Assembly: GCF_046119375.1 (NCBI RefSeq)
Contig: NW_027362764.1
Location: forward strand, 810,216,001-810,280,000
Origin: Phyllobates terribilis
Lineage: Eukaryota
Direction of reading: 5' to 3'
Length of the DNA: 64,000 bases
The translations under genes and the position numbers were made by a program. The notes below the pieces were generated by a model. It was given only the letters and a program-made list of their open reading frames with translations. It was not told the DNA's origin and searched no databases. This document shows positions 1-14,934 of this stretch, piece after piece; the first letter of the stretch is position 1; every line of letters starts with the position of its first letter.

Positions 1-3000
1 GAAGGCCGAGATCAGGGCGGCTGAGCGCTCAACGCTCTTGTAGGTTATGCGCGTGCGTGCATCTATATAGCGGGAGAAGGCCGAGATCAGGGCGGCTGAG
101 CGCTCAACGCTATTGTATGTTATGCGCGTGCGTGCATCTATATAGCGGGAGAAGGCCGAGATCAGGGCGGCTGAGCGCTCAACGCTCTTGTATGTTATGC
201 GCGTGCATCTATATAGCGGGAGAAGGCCGAGATCAGGGCGGCTGAGCGCTCAACGCTCTTGTATGTTATGCGCGTGCGTGCATCTATATAGCGGGAGAAG
301 GCCGAGATCGGGGCGGCTGAGCGCTCAACGCTCTTGTATGTTATGCGCGTGCGTGCATCTATATAGCGGGAGAAGGCCGAGATCAGGGCGGCTGAGCGCT
401 CAACGCTCTTTTATGTTATGCGCGTGCGTGCGTCTATATAGCGGGAGAAGGCCGAGATCAGGGCGGCTGAGCGCTCAACGCTCTTGTAGGTTATGCGTGT
501 GCGTGCATCTATATAGCGGGAGAAGGCCGAGATCAGGGCGGCTGAGCGCTCAACGCTCTTGTAGGTTATGCGCGTTCGTGCATCTATATAGCGGGAGAAG
601 GCCGAGATCAGGGCGGCTGAGCGCTCAACGCTCTTGTAGGTTATGCGCGTGCATCTATATAGCGAGAGAAAGCCGAGATCAGGGCGGCTGAGCGCTCAAC
701 GCTCTTGTATGTTATGTGCGTGCGTCTATATAGCGGGAGAAGGCCGAGATCAGGTCGGTTGAGCGCTCAACACTCCTTTATGTTATGCGCGTGCATCTAT
801 ATAGCGAGAGAAGGCCGAGATCAGGGCGGCTGAGCGCTCAACGCTCTTGTATGTTATGCGCGTGCATCTATATAGCGGGAGAAGGCCGAGATCAGGGCGG
901 CTGAGCGCTTAACGCTCTTGTAGGTTATGCGCGTGCGTGCATCTATATAGCGGGAGAAGGCCGAGATCAGGGCAGCTGAGCGCTCAACGCTCTTGTAGGT
1001 TATGCGCGTGCATCTATATAGCGGGAGAAGGCCGAGATCAGGGCGGCTGAGCGCTCAACGCTCTTGTAGGTTATGCGCGTGCGTGCATCTATATAGCGGG
1101 AGAAGGCCGAGATCAGGGCGGCTGAGCGCTCAACGCTCCTGTAGGTTATGCGCGTGCATCTATATAGCGGGAGAAGGCCGAGATCAGGGCAGCTGAGCGC
1201 TCAACGCTCTTGTATGTTATGCGCGTGCGTGCATCTATATAGCGGGAGAAGGCCGAGATCAGGGCGGCTGAGCGCTCAACGCTCTTGTAGGTTATGCGCG
1301 TGCATCTATATAGCGGGAGAAGGCCGAGATCAGGGCGGCTGAGCGCTCAACGCTCTTGTATGTTATGCGCATGCATCTATATAGCGGGAGAAGGCCGAGA
1401 TCAGGGCGGCTGAGCGCTCAACGCTCTTGTATGTTATGCGCGTGCGTGCATCTATATAGCGGGAGAAGGCCGAGATCAGGGCGGCTGAGCGCTCAACGCT
1501 CTTGTAGGTTATGCGCGTGCGTGCATCTATATAGCGGGAGAAGGCCGAGATCAGGGCGGCTGAGCGCTCAACGCTCTTGTATGTTATGCGCGTGCGTGCA
1601 TCTATATAGCGGGAGAAGGCCGAGATCAGGGCGGCTGAGCGCTCAACGCTCTTGTATGTTATGCGCGTGCGTGCATCTATATAGCGGGAGAAGGCCGAGA
1701 TCAGGGCGGCTGAGCGCTCAACGCTCTTGTAGGTTATGCGCGTGCGTGCATCTATATAGCGGGAGAAGGCCGAGATCAGGGCGGCTGAGCGCTCAACGCT
1801 CTTTTATGTTATGCGCGTGCATCTATATAGCGGGAGAAGGACGAGATCAGGGCGGCTGAGCGCTCAACGCTCTTGTATGTTATGCGCGTTCGTGCATCTA
1901 TATAGCGGGAGAAGGCCGAGATCAGGGCGGCTGAGCGCTCAACGCTCTTGTATGTTATGTGCGTGCATCTATATAGCGAGAGAAGGCCGAGATCAGGGCG
2001 GCTGAGTGCTCAACGCTCTTGTATGTTATGCGCGTGCGTGCATCTATATAGCGGGAGAAGGCCGAGATCAGGGCGGCTGAGCGCTCAACGCTCTTGTATG
2101 TTATGTGCGTGCGTGCATCTATATAGCGGGAGAAGGCCGAGATCAGGGCGGCTGAGCGCTCAACGCTCTTGTATGTTATGCGCGTGCGTGCATCTATATA
2201 GCGGGAGAAGGCCGAGATCAGGGCGGCTGAGCGCTCAACGCTCTTGTATGTTATGTGCGTGCATCTATATAGCGGGAGAAGGCCGAGATCAGGGCAGCTG
2301 AGCGCTCAACGGTCTTGTATGTTATGCGCGTGCGTGCGTCTATATAGCGGGAGAAGGCCGAGATCAGGGCGGCTGAGCGCTCAACGCTCTTGTATGTTAT
2401 GTGCGTGCGTCTATATAGCGAGAGAAGGCCGAGATCAGGGCGGCTGAGCGCTCAACGCTCTTGTATGTTATGCGCGTGCATCTATATAGCGGGAGAAGGC
2501 CGAGATCAGGGCGGCTGAGCGCTCAACGCTCCTGTAGGTTATGCGCGTGCGTGCATCTATATAGCGGGAGAAGGCCGAGATCAGGGCGGCTGAGCGCTCA
2601 ACGCTCTTGTAGGTTATGCGCGTGCGTGCATCTATATAGCGGGAGAAGGCCGAGATCAGGGCGGCTGAGCGCTCAACGCTCTTGTAGGTTATGCGCGTGC
2701 GTGCATCTATATAGCGGGAGAAGGCCGAGATCAGGGCGGCTGAGCGCTCAACGCTCTTGTAGGTTATGCGCGTGCATCTATATAGCGGGAGAAGGCTGAG
2801 ATCAGGGCGGCTGAGCGCTCAACGCTCTTGTATGTTATGTGCGTGCATCTATATAGCGGGAGAAGGCCGAGATCAGGGCGGCTGAGCGCTCAACGCTCTT
2901 GTATGTTATGCGCGTGCATGCATCTATATAGCGGGAGAAGGCCGAGATCAGGGCGGGAGAAGGCCGAGATCAGGGCGGGAGAAGGCCGAGATCAGGGCGG

Positions 3001-6000
3001 GAGAAGGCCAAGATCAGGGCGGAAGAAGGCCGAGATCAGGGCGGAAGAAGGCCGAGATCAGGGCGGGAGAAGGCCGAGATCAGAGCGAGAGAAGGCCGAG
3101 ATCAGGACGGCTAAGTGCTCAACGCTCTTGTATGTTATGTGCGTGCGTGCATCTATATAGCGGGAGAAGGCCGAGATCAGGGCGGCTGAGCGCTCAACGC
3201 TCTTGTAGGTTATGCGCGTGCGTGCATCTATATAGCAGGAGAAGGCCGAGATCAGGGCGGCTGAGCGCTCAACGCTCTTGTATGTTATGTGCGTGCGTGC
3301 ATCTATATAGCAGGAGAAGGCCGAGATCAGGGCGGCTGAGCGCTCAACGCTCTTGTATGTTATGCGCGTGCGTGCATCTATATAGCGGGAGAAGGCCGAG
3401 ATCAGGGCGGCTGAGCGCTCAACGCTCTTGTATGTTATGCGCGTGCGTGCATCTATATAGCGGGAGAAGGCCGAGATCAGGGCGGCTGAGAGCTCAACGC
3501 TATTGTATGTTATGCGCGTGCGTGCATCTATATAGCGGGAGAAGGCCGAGATCAGGGCGGCTGAGCGCTCAACGCTCTTGTATGTTATGCGCGTGCATCT
3601 ATATAGCGGGAGAAGGCCGAGATCAGGGCGGCTGAGCGCTCAACGCTCTTGTATGTTATGCGCGTGCGTGCATCTATATAGCGGGAGAAGGCCGAGATCG
3701 GGGCGGCTGAGCGCTCAACGCTCTTGTATGTTATGCGCGTGCATCTATATAGCGGGAGAAGGCCGAGATCAGGGCGGCTGAGCGCTCAACGCTCTTTTAT
3801 GTTATGCGCGTGCGTGCGTCTATATAGCGGGAGAAGGCCGAGATCAGGGCGGCTGAGCGCTCAACGCTCTTGTATGTTATGCGCGTGCATCTATATAGCG
3901 GGAGAAGGCCGAGATCAGGGCGGCTGAGCGCTCAACGCTCTTGTATGTTATGCGCGTGCGTGCATCTATATAGCGGGAGAAGGCCGAGATCGGGGCGGCT
4001 GAGCGCTCAACGCTCTTGTATGTTATGCGCGTGCATCTATATAGCGGGAGAAGGCCGAGATCAGGGCGGCTGAGCGCTCAACGCTCTTTTATGTTATGCG
4101 CGTGCGTGCGTCTATATAGCGGGAGAAGGCCGAGATCAGGGCGGCTGAGCGCTCAACGCTCTTGTATGTTATGCGCGTGCATCTATATAGCGGGAGAAGG
4201 CCGAGATCAGGGCGGCTGAGCGCTCAACGCTCTTGTATGTTATGCGCGTGCATCTATATAGCGGGAGAAGGCCGAGATCAGGGCGGCTGAGTGCTCAACG
4301 CTCTTGTATGTTATGCGCGTGCGTGCATCTATATAGCGGGAGAAGGCCGAGATCAGGGCGGCTGAGCGCTCAACGCTCTTGTATGTTATGCGCGTGCGTG
4401 CATCTATATAGCGGGAGAAGGCCGAGATCAGGGCGGCTGAGTGCTCAACGCTCTTGTAGGTTATGCGCGTGCGTGCATCTATATAGCGGGAGAAGGCCGA
4501 GATCGGGGCGGCTGAGCGCTCAACGCTCTTGTATGTTATGCGCGTGCGTGCATCTATATAGCGGGAGAAGGCCGAGATCAGGGCGGCTGAGCGCTCAACG
4601 CTCTTGTATGTTATGCGCGTGCGTGCATCTATATAGCGGGAGAAGGCCGAGATCGGGGCGGCTGAGTGCTCAACGCTCTTGTATGTTATGCGCGTGCGTG
4701 CATCTATATAGCGGGAGAAGGCCGAGATCAGGGCGGCTGAGCGCTCAACGCTCTTGTATGTTATGCGCGTGCGTGCATCTATATAGCGGGAGAAGGCCGA
4801 GATCAGGGCGGCTGAGCGCTCAACGCTCTTGTATGTTATGCGCGTGCGTGCATCTATATAGCGGGAGAAGGCCGAGATCGGGGCGGCTGAGCGCTCAACG
4901 CTCTTTTATGTTATGCGCGTGCGTGCGTCTATATAGCGGGAGAAGGCCGAGATCAGGGCGGCTGAGCGCTCAACGCTCTTGTAGGTTATGCGTGTGCGTG
5001 CATCTATATAGCGAGAGAAGGCCGAGATCAGGGCGGCTGAGCGCTCAACGCTCTTGTAGGTTATGCGCGTGCATCTATATAGCGGGAGAAGGCCGAGATC
5101 AGGGCGGCTGAGCGCTCAACGCTCTTGTATGTTATGCGCGTTCGTGCATCTATATAGCGGGAGAAGGCCGAGATCAGGGCGGCTGAGCGCTCAACGCTCT
5201 TGTATGTTATGCGCGTGCATCTATATAGCGGGAGAAGGCCGAGATCAGGGCGGCTGAGCGCTCAACGCTCTTGTAGGTTATGTGCGTGCGTGCATCTATA
5301 TAGCGGGAGAAGGCCGAGATCAGGGCGGCTGAGCGCTCAACGCTCTTGTAGGTTATGCGCGTTCGTGCATCTATATAGCGGGAGAAGGCCGAGATCAGGG
5401 CGGCTGAGCGCTCAACGCTCTTGTAGGTTATGCGCGTGCATCTATATAGCGAGAGAAAGCCGAGATCAGGGCGGCTGAGCGCTCAACGCTCTTGTATGTT
5501 ATGTGCGTGCGTCTATATAGCGGGAGAAGGCCGAGATCAGGTCGGTTGAGCGCTCAACACTCCTTCATGTTATGCGCGTGCATCTATATAGCGAGAGAAG
5601 GCCGAGATCAGGGCGGCTGAGCGCTCAACGCTCTTGTATGTTATGCGCGTGCATCTATATAGCGAGAGAAGGCCGAGATCAGGGCGGCTGAGCGCTCAAC
5701 GCTCTTGTATGTTATGCGCGTGCGTGCATCTATATAGCGGGAGAAGGCCGAGATCAGGGCGGCTGAGCGCTTAACGCTCTTGTAGGTTATGCGCGTGCGT
5801 GCATCTATATAGCGGGAGAAGGCCGAGATCAGGGCAGCTGAGCGCTCAACGCTCTTGTAGGTTATGCGCGTGCATCTATATAGCGGGAGAAGGCCGAGAT
5901 CAGGGCGGCTGAGCGCTCAACGCTCTTGTAGGTTATGCGCGTGCATCTATATAGCGGGAGAAGGCCGAGATCAGGGCGGCTGAGCGCTCAACGCTCCTGT

Positions 6001-9000
6001 AGGTTATGCGCGTGCATCTATATAGCGGGAGAAGGCCGAGATCAGGGCAGCTGAGCGCTCAACGCTCTTGTATGTTATGCGCGTGCGTGCATCTATATAG
6101 CGGGAGAAGGCCGAGATCAGGGCGGCTGAGCGCTCAACGCTCTTGTAGGTTATGCGCGTGCGTGCATCTATATAGCGGGAGAAGGCCGAGATCAGGGCGG
6201 CTGAGCGCTCAACGCTCCTGTAGGTTATGCGCGTGCATCTATATAGCGGGAGAAGGCCGAGATCAGGGCAGCTGAGCGCTCAACGCTCTTGTATGTTATG
6301 CGCGTGCGTGCATCTATATAGCGGGAGAAGGCCGAGATCAGGGCGGCTGAGCGCTCAACGCTCTTGTATGTTATGCGCGTGCATGCATCTATATAGCGGG
6401 AGAAGGCCGAGATCAGGGCGGCTGAGTGCTCAACGCTCTTGTATGTTATGCGCGTGCGTGCATCTATATAGCGGGAGAAGGCCGAGATCAGGGCGGCTGA
6501 GTGCTCAACGCTCTTGTATGTTATGCGCGTGCGTGCATCTATATAGCAGGAGAAGGCCGAGATCAGGGCGGCTGAGTGCTCAACGCTCTTGTATGTTATG
6601 CGCGTGCGTGCATCTATATAGCGGGAGAAGGCCGAGATCAGGGCGGCTGAGCGCTCAACGCTCTTGTATGTTATGCGCGTGCATGCATCTATATAGCGGG
6701 AGAAGGCCGAGATCAGGGCGGCTGAGTGCTCAACGCTCTTGTATGTTATGCGCGTGCGTGCATCTATATAGCGGGAGAAGGCCGAGATCAGGGCGGCTGA
6801 GCGCTCAACGCTCTTGTAGGTTATGCGCGTGCGTGCATCTATATAGCGGGAGAAGGCCGAGATCAGGGCGGCTGAGCGCTCAACGCTCTTGTATGTTATG
6901 CGCGTGCGTGCATCTATATAGCGGGAGAAGGCCGAGATCAGGGCGGCTGAGCGCTCAACGCTCTTGTATGTTATGCGCGTGCGTGCATCTATATAGCGGG
7001 AGAAGGCCGAGATCAGGGCGGCTGAGCGCTCAACGCTCTTGTATGTTATGCGCGTGCATCTATATAGCGGGAGAAGGCCGAGATCAGGGCGGCTGAGCGC
7101 TCAACGCTCTTGTATGTTATGTGCGTGCATCTATATAACGGGAGAAGGCCGAGATCAGGGCGGCTGAGCGCTCAACGCTCTTGTATGTTATGCGCGTGCG
7201 TGCATCTATATAGCGGGAGAAGGCCGAGATCCGGGCGGCTGAGTGCTCAACGCTCTTGTAGGTTATGCGCGTTCGTGCATCTATATAGCGGGAGAAGGCC
7301 GAGATCAGGGCGGCTGAGCGCTCAACGCTCTTGTATGTTATGCGCGTGCATCTATATAGCGGGAGAAGGCCGAGATCAGGGCGGCTGAGCGCTCAACGCT
7401 CTTGTATGTTATGCGCGTGCGTGCATCTATATAGCGGGAGAAGGCCGAGATCAGGGCGGCTGAGCGCTCAACGCTCCTGTAGGTTATGTGCGTGCGTGCA
7501 TCTATATAGCGGGAGAAGGCCGAGATCAGGGCGGCTGAGCGCTCAACGCTCTTTTATGTTATGCGCGTGCGTGCATCTATATAGCGGGAGAAGGCCGAGA
7601 TCAGGGCGGCTGAGCGCTCAACGCTCTTTTATGTTATGCGCGTGCGTGCATCTATATAGCGGGAGAAGGCCGAGATCAGGGCGGCTGAGCGCTCAACGCT
7701 CTTGTATGTTATGTGCGTGCATCTATATAGCGGGAGAAGGCCGAGATCAGGGCGGCTGAGCGCTCAACGCTCTTGTATGTTATGTGCGTGCATCTATATA
7801 GCGGGAGAAGGCCGAGATCAGGGCGGCTGAGCGCTCAACGCTCTTGTATGTTATGCGCGTGCATCTATATAGCGGGAGAAGGCCGAGATCAGGGCGGCTG
7901 AGCGCTCAATGCTCTTGTATGTTATGTGCGTGCATCTATATAGCGGGAGAAGGCCGAGATCAGGGCGGCTGAGCGCTCAACGCTCTTGTATGTTATGCGC
8001 GTGCATCTATATAGCGGGAGAAGGCCGAGATCAGGGCGGCTGAGCACTCAACGCTCTTGTATGTTATGCGCGTGCATGCATCTATATAGCGGGAGAAGGC
8101 CGAGATCAGGGTGGGAGAAGGCCGAGATCAGGGCGGGAGAAGGGAGAGATCAGGGCGGGAGAAGGCAGAGATCAGGGCGGGAGAAGGCCGAGATTAAGGC
8201 GGAAGAAGGCCGAGATCAGGGCGGGAGAAGGCAGAGATCAGGGCGGGAGAAGGCCGAGATCAGGGCGGGAGAAGGCCGAGATCAGGGCGGAAGAAGGCCG
8301 AGATCAGGGCGGGAGAAGGCCGAGATCAGGGCGGGAGAAGGCCGAGATCAGGGCGGCTGAGCGCTCAACGCTCTTGTATGTTATGCGCGTGCGTGCATCT
8401 ATATAGCGGGAGAAGGCCGAGATCAGGGCGGCTGAGCGCTCAACGCTCTTGTATGTTATGCGCGTGCATGCATCTATATAGCGGGAGAAGGCCGAGATCA
8501 GGGCGGCTGAGCGCTCAACGCTCTTGTATGTTATGTGCGTGCGTGCATCTATATAGCGGGAGGCCGAGATCAGGGCGGCTGAGCGCTCAACGCTCTTGTA
8601 TGTTATGTGCGTGCATCTATATAGCGGGAGAAGGCCGAGGTCAGGGCGGCTGAGCGCTCAACGCTCTTGTATGTTATGCGCGTGCATCTATATAGCGGGA
8701 GAAGGCCGAGATCAGGGCGGCTGAGTGCTCAACGCTCTTGTATGTTATGCGCGTGCGTGCATCTATATAGCGGGAGAAGGCCGAGGTCAGGGCGGCTGAG
8801 CGCTCAACGCTCTTGTATGTTATGCGCGTGCATCTATATAGCGGGAGAAGGCCGAGATCAGGGCGGCTGAGCGCTCAACGCTCTTGTATGTTATGCGCGT
8901 GCGTGCATCTATATAGCGGGAGAAGGCCGAGGTCAGGGCGGCTGAGCGCTCAACGCTCTTGTATGTTATGCGCGTGCATCTATATAGCGGGAGAAGGCCG

Positions 9001-12000
9001 AGGTCAGGGCGGCTGAGTGCTCAACGCTCTTGTATGTTATGCGCGTGCGTGCATCTATATAGCGGGAGAAGGCCGAGGTCAGGGCGGCTGAGCGCTCAAC
9101 GCTCTTGTATGTTATGCGCGTGCATCTATATAGCGGGAGAAGGCCGAGATCAGGGCGGCTGAGCGCTCAACGCTCTTGTATGTTATGCGCGTGCATCTAT
9201 ATAGCGGGAGAAGGCCGAGGTCAGGGCGGCTGAGCGCTCAACGCTCTTGTATGTTATGCGCGTGCGTGCATCTATATAGCGGGAGAAGGCCGAGATCAGG
9301 GCGGCTGAGCGCTCAACGCTCTTGTAGGTTATGCGCGTGCGTGCATCTATATAGCGGGAGAAGGCCGAGGTCAGGGCGGCTGAGCGCTCAACGCTCTTGT
9401 ATGTTATGCGCGTGCATCTATATAGCGGGAGAAGGCCGAGATCAGGGCGGCTGAGCGCTCAACGCTCTTGTATGTTATGCGCGTGCATCTATATAGCGGG
9501 AGAAGGCCGAGGTCAGGGCGGCTGAGCGCTCAACGCTCTTGTATGTTATGCGCGTGCGTGCATCTATATAGCGGGAGAAGGCCGAGATCAGGGCGGCTGA
9601 GCGCTCAACGCTCTTGTATGTTATGCGCGTGCGTGCATCTATATAGCGGGAGAAGGCCGAGATCAGGGTGGCTGAGCGCTCAACGCTCCTGTAGGTTATG
9701 CGCGTGCATACATCTATATAGCGGGAGAAGACCGAGATCAGGGCGGCTGAGCGCTCAACGCTCTTGTATGTTATGCGCGTGCGTGCATCTATATAGCGGG
9801 AGAAGGCCGAGATCAGGGCGGCTGAGCGCTCAACGCTCTTGTATGTTATGTGCGTGCGTCTATATAGCGGGAGAAGGCCGAGATCAGGGCGGCTGAGCGC
9901 TCAACGCTCTTGTATGTTATGCGCGTGCATCTATATAGCGGGAGAAGGCCGAGATCAGGGCGGCTGAGCGCTCAACGCTCTTGTATGTTATGCGCGTGCA
10001 TGCATCTATATAGCGGGAGAAGGCCGAGATCAGGGCGGCTGAGCACTCAACGCTCTTGTATGTTATGCGCGTGCATCTATATAGCGGGAGAAGGCCGAGA
10101 TCAGGGCGGCTGAGCGCTCAACGCTCTTGTATGTTATGCGCGTGCGTGCATCTATATAGCGGGAGAAGGCCGAGATCAGGGCGGCTGAGCGCTCAACGCT
10201 CCTGTAGGTTATGCGCGTGCATACATCTATATAGCGGGAGAAGACCGAGATCAGGGCGGCTGAGCGCTCAACGCTCTTGTATGTTATGCGCGTGCGTGCA
10301 TCTATATAGCGGGAGAAGGCCGAGATCAGGGCGGCTGAGCGCTCAACGCTCTTGTATGTTATGTGCGTGCGTCTATATAGCGGGAGAAGGCCGAGATCAG
10401 GGCGGCTGAGCGCTCAACGCTCTTGTATGTTATGCGCGTGCATCTATATAGCGGGAGAAGGCCGAGATCAGGGCGGCTGAGTGCTCAACGCTCTTGTATG
10501 TTATGCGCGTGCATCTATATAGCGGGAGAAGGCCGAGATCAGGGCGGCTGAGCGCTCAACGCTCTTGTATGTTATGCGCGTGCATCTATATAGCGGGAGA
10601 AGGCCGAGATCAGGGCGGCTGAGCGCTCAACGCTCTTGTATGTTATGTGCGTGCGTGCATCTATATAGCGGGAGAAGGCCGAGATCAGGGCGGCTGAGCA
10701 CTCAACGCTCTTGTATGTTATGCGCGTGCATGCATCTATATAGCGGGAGAAGGCCGATATCAGGGCGGGAGAAGGCCGAGATCAGGGCGGGAGAAGGGAG
10801 AGATCAGGGCGGGAGAAGGCAGAGATCAGGGCGGGAGAAGGCAGAGATTAAGGCGGAAGAAGGCCGAGATCAGGGCGGGAGAAGGCCGAGATCAGGGCGG
10901 GAGAAGGCCGAGATCAGGGCGGGAGAAGGCCGAGATCAGGGCGGGAGAAGGCCGAGATCAGGGCGGAAGAAGGCCGAGATCAGGGCGGGAGAAGGCCGAG
11001 ATCAGGGCGGGAGAAGGCCGAGATCAGGGCGGCTGAGCGCTCAACGCTCTTGTATGTTATGCGCGTGCGTGCATCTATATAGCGGGAGAAGGCCGAGATC
11101 AGGGCGGCTGAGCGCTCAACGCTCTTGTATGTTATGCGCGTGCGTGCCTCTATATAGCGGGAGAAGGCCGAGATCAGGGCGGCTGAGCGCTCAACGCTCT
11201 TGTATGTTATGCGCGTGCATGCATCTATATAGCGGGAGAAGGCCGAGATCAGGGCGGCTGAGCGCTCAACGCTCTTGTATGTTATGCGCGTGCGTGCCTC
11301 TATATAGCGGGAGAAGGCCGAGATCAGGGCGGCTGAGCGCTCAACGCTCTTGTATGTTATGCGCGTGCATCTATATAGCGGGAGAAGGCCGAGATCAGGG
11401 CGGCTGAGCGCTCAACGCTCTTGTATGTTATGCGCGTGCATCTATATAGCGGGAGAAGGCCGAGATCAGGGCGGCTGAGCGCTCAACGCTCTTGTATGTT
11501 ATGTGCGTGCGTGCATCTATATAGCGGGAGAAGGCCGAGATCAGGGCGGCTGAGCACTCAACGCTCTTGTATGTTATGCGCGTGCATGCATCTATATAGC
11601 GGGAGAAGGCCGATATCAGGGCGGGAGAAGGCCGAGATCAGGGCGGGAGAAGGCAGAGATCAGGGCGGGAGAAGGCAGAGATTAAGGCGGAAGAAGGCCG
11701 AGATCAGGGCGGGAGAAGGCCGAGATCAGGGCGGGAGAAGGCCGAGATCAGGGCGGGAGAAGGCCGAGATCAGGGCGGGAGAAGGCCGAGATCAGGGCGG
11801 AAGAAGGCCGAGATCAGGGCGGGAGAAGGCCGAGATCAGGGCGGGAGAAGGCCGAGATCAGGGCGGCTGAGCGCTCAACGCTCTTGTATGTTATGCGCGT
11901 GCGTGCATCTATATAGCGGGAGAAGGCCGAGATCAGGGCGGCTGAGCGCTCAACGCTCTTGTATGTTATGCGCGTGCGTGCCTCTATATAGCGGGAGAAG

Positions 12001-14934
12001 GCCGAGATCAGGGCGGCTGAGCGCTCAACGCTCTTGTATGTTATGCGCGTGCATGCATCTATATAGCGGGAGAAGGCCGAGATCAGGGCGGCTGAGCGCT
12101 CAACGCTCTTGTATGTTATGCGCGTGCGTGCATCTATATAGCGGGAGAAGGCCGAGATCAGGGCGGCTGAGCGCTCAACGCTCTTGTATGTTATGTGCGT
12201 GCGTGCATCTATATAGCGGGAGGCCGAGATCAGGGCGGCTGAGCGCTCAACGCTCTTGTATGTTATGTGCGTGCATCTATATAGCGGGAGAAGGCCGAGG
12301 TCAGGGCGGCTGAGCGCTCAACGCTCTTGTATGTTATGCGCGTGCATCTATATAGCGGGAGAAGGCCGAGGTCAGGGCGGCTGAGCGCTCAACGCTCTTG
12401 TATGTTATGCGCGTGCGTGCATCTATATAGCGGGAGAAGGCCGAGATCAGGGCGGCTGAGCGCTCAACGCTCTTGTATGTTATGCGCGTGCATCTATATA
12501 GCGGGAGAAGGCCGAGGTCAGGGCGGCTGAGCGCTCAACGCTCTTGTAGGTTATGCGCGTGCGTGCATCTATATAGCGGGAGAAGGCCGAGGTCAGGGCG
12601 GCTGAGCGCTCAACGCTCTTGTATGTTATGCGCGTGCATCTATATAGCGGGAGAAGGCCGAGGTCAGGGCGGCTGAGCGCTCAACGCTCTTGTATGTTAT
12701 GCGCGTGCATCTATATAGCGGGAGAAGGCCGAGGTCAGGGCGGCTGAGCGCTCAACGCTCTTGTATGTTATGCGCGTGCGTGCATCTATATAGCGGGAGA
12801 AGGCCGAGATCAGGGCGGCTGAGCGCTCAACGCTCTTGTATGTTATGCGCGTGCGTGCATCTATATAGCGGGAGAAGGCCGAGATCAGGGCGGCTGAGCG
12901 CTCAACGCTCTTGTATGTTATGCGCGTGCGTGCATCTATATAGCGGGAGAAGGCCGAGATCAGGGCGGCTGAGCGCTCAACGCTCTTGTATGTTATGCGC
13001 GTGCGTGCATCTATATAGCGGGAGAAGGCCGAGATCAGGGCGGCTGAGCGCTCAACGCTCTTGTATGTTATGCGCGTGCGTGCATCTATATAGCGGGAGA
13101 AGGCCGAGATCAGGGCGGCTGAGCGCTCAACGCTCCTGTAGGTTATGCGCGTGCATACATCTATATAGCGGGAGAAGACCGAGATCAGGGCGGCTGAGCG
13201 CTCAACGCTCTTGTATGTTATGCGCGTGCGTGCATCTATATAGCGGGAGAAGGCCGAGATCAGGGCGGCTGAGCGCTCAACGCTCTTGTATGTTATGTGC
13301 GTGCGTCTATATAGCGGGAGAAGGCCGAGATCAGGGCGGCTGAGCGCTCAACGCTCTTGTATGTTATGCGCGTGCATGCATCTATATAGCGGGAGAAGGC
13401 CGAGATCAGGGCGGCTGAGCGCTCAACGCTCTTGTATGTTATGTGCGTGCGTCTATATAGCGGGAGAAGGCCGAGATCAGGGCGGCTGAGCGCTCAACGC
13501 TCTTGTATGTTATGCGCGTGCATGCATCTATATAGCGGGAGAAGGCCGAGATCAGGGCGGCTGAGCGCTCAACGCTCTTGTATGTTATGCGCGTGCGTGC
13601 ATCTATATAGCGGGAGAAGGCCGAGATCAGGGCGGCTGAGTGCTCAACGCTCTTGTATGTTATGCGCGTGCATCTATATAGCGGGAGAAGGCCGAGATCA
13701 GGGCGGCTGAGCGCTCAACGCTCTTGTATGTTATGCGCGTGCATCTATATAGCGGGAGAAGGCCGAGATCAGGGCGGCTGAGCGCTCAACGCTCTTGTAT
13801 GTTATGCGCGTGCATCTATATAGCGGGAGAAGGCCGAGATCAGGGCGGCTGAGCACTCAACGCTCTTGTATGTTATGCGCGTGCGTGCGTCTATATAGCG
13901 GGAGAAGGCCGAGATCAGGGCGGGAGAAGGCCGAGATCAGGGCGGGAGAAGGGAGAGATCAGGGCGGGAGAAGGCAGAGATCAGGGCGGGAGAAGGCCGA
14001 GATCAGGGCGGGAGAAGGCCGAGATCAGGGCGGGAGAAGGCCGAGATCAGGGCGGGAGAAGGCCGAGATCAGGGCGGAAGAAGGCCGAGATCAGGGCGGG
14101 AGAAGGCCGAGATCAGGGCGGGAGAAGGCCGAGATCAGGGCGGCTGAGCGCTCAACGCTCTTGTATGTTATGCGCGTGCGTGCATCTATATAGCGGGAGA
14201 AGGCCGAGATCAGGGCGGCTGAGCGCTCAACGCTCTTGTATGTTATGCGCGTGCGTGCCTCTATATAGCGGGAGAAGGCCGAGGTCAGGGCGGCTGAGCG
14301 CTCAACGCTCTTGTATGTTATGCGCGTGCGTGCATCTATATAGCGGGAGAAGGCCGAGATCAGGGCGGCTGAGCGCTCAACGCTCTTGTATGTTATGCGC
14401 GTGCGTGCATCTATATAGCGGGAGAAGGCCGAGATCAGGGCGGCTGAGCGCTCAACGCTCTTGTATGTAATGCGCGTGCATGCATCTGTATAGCGGGAGA
14501 AGGCCGAGGTCAGGGCGGCTGAGCGCTCAACGCTCTTGTATGTTATGCACGTGCATCTATATAGCGGGAGAAGGCCGAGATCAGGGCGGCTGAGCGCTCA
14601 ACGCTCTTGTATGTTATGCGCGTGCGTGCATCTATATAGCGGGAGAAGGCCGAGATCAGGGCGGCTGAGCGCTCAACGCTCTTGTATGTTATGCGCGTGC
14701 GTGCATCTATATAGCGGGAGAAGGCCGAGATCAGGGCGGCTGAGCGCTCAACGCTCTTGTATGTTATGCGCGTGCGTGCATCTATATAGCGGGAGAAGGC
14801 CGAGATCAGGGCGGCTGAGCGCTCAACGCTCTTGTAGGTTATGCGCGTGCGTGCATCTATATAGCGGGAGGCCGAGATCAGGGCGGCTGAGCGCTCAACG
14901 CTCTTGTATGTTATGCGCGTGCGTGCATCTATAT
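1..14934. repeat. Satellite/minisatellite array, 75-bp unit with a 71-bp variant (4-bp GTGC indel) and interspersed bursts of a 22-bp sub-repeat; runs off the window start
   Basis: Unit CGGGAGAAGGCCGAGATCAGGGCGGCTGAGCGCTCAACGCTCTTGTATGTTATGCGCGTGCGTGCATCTATATAG repeats continuously. 22-bp GGGCGGGAGAAGGCCGAGATCA runs lie at about 2950-3105, 8100-8350, 10750-11030, 11600-11860 and 13915-14140. Confidence 0.98.
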
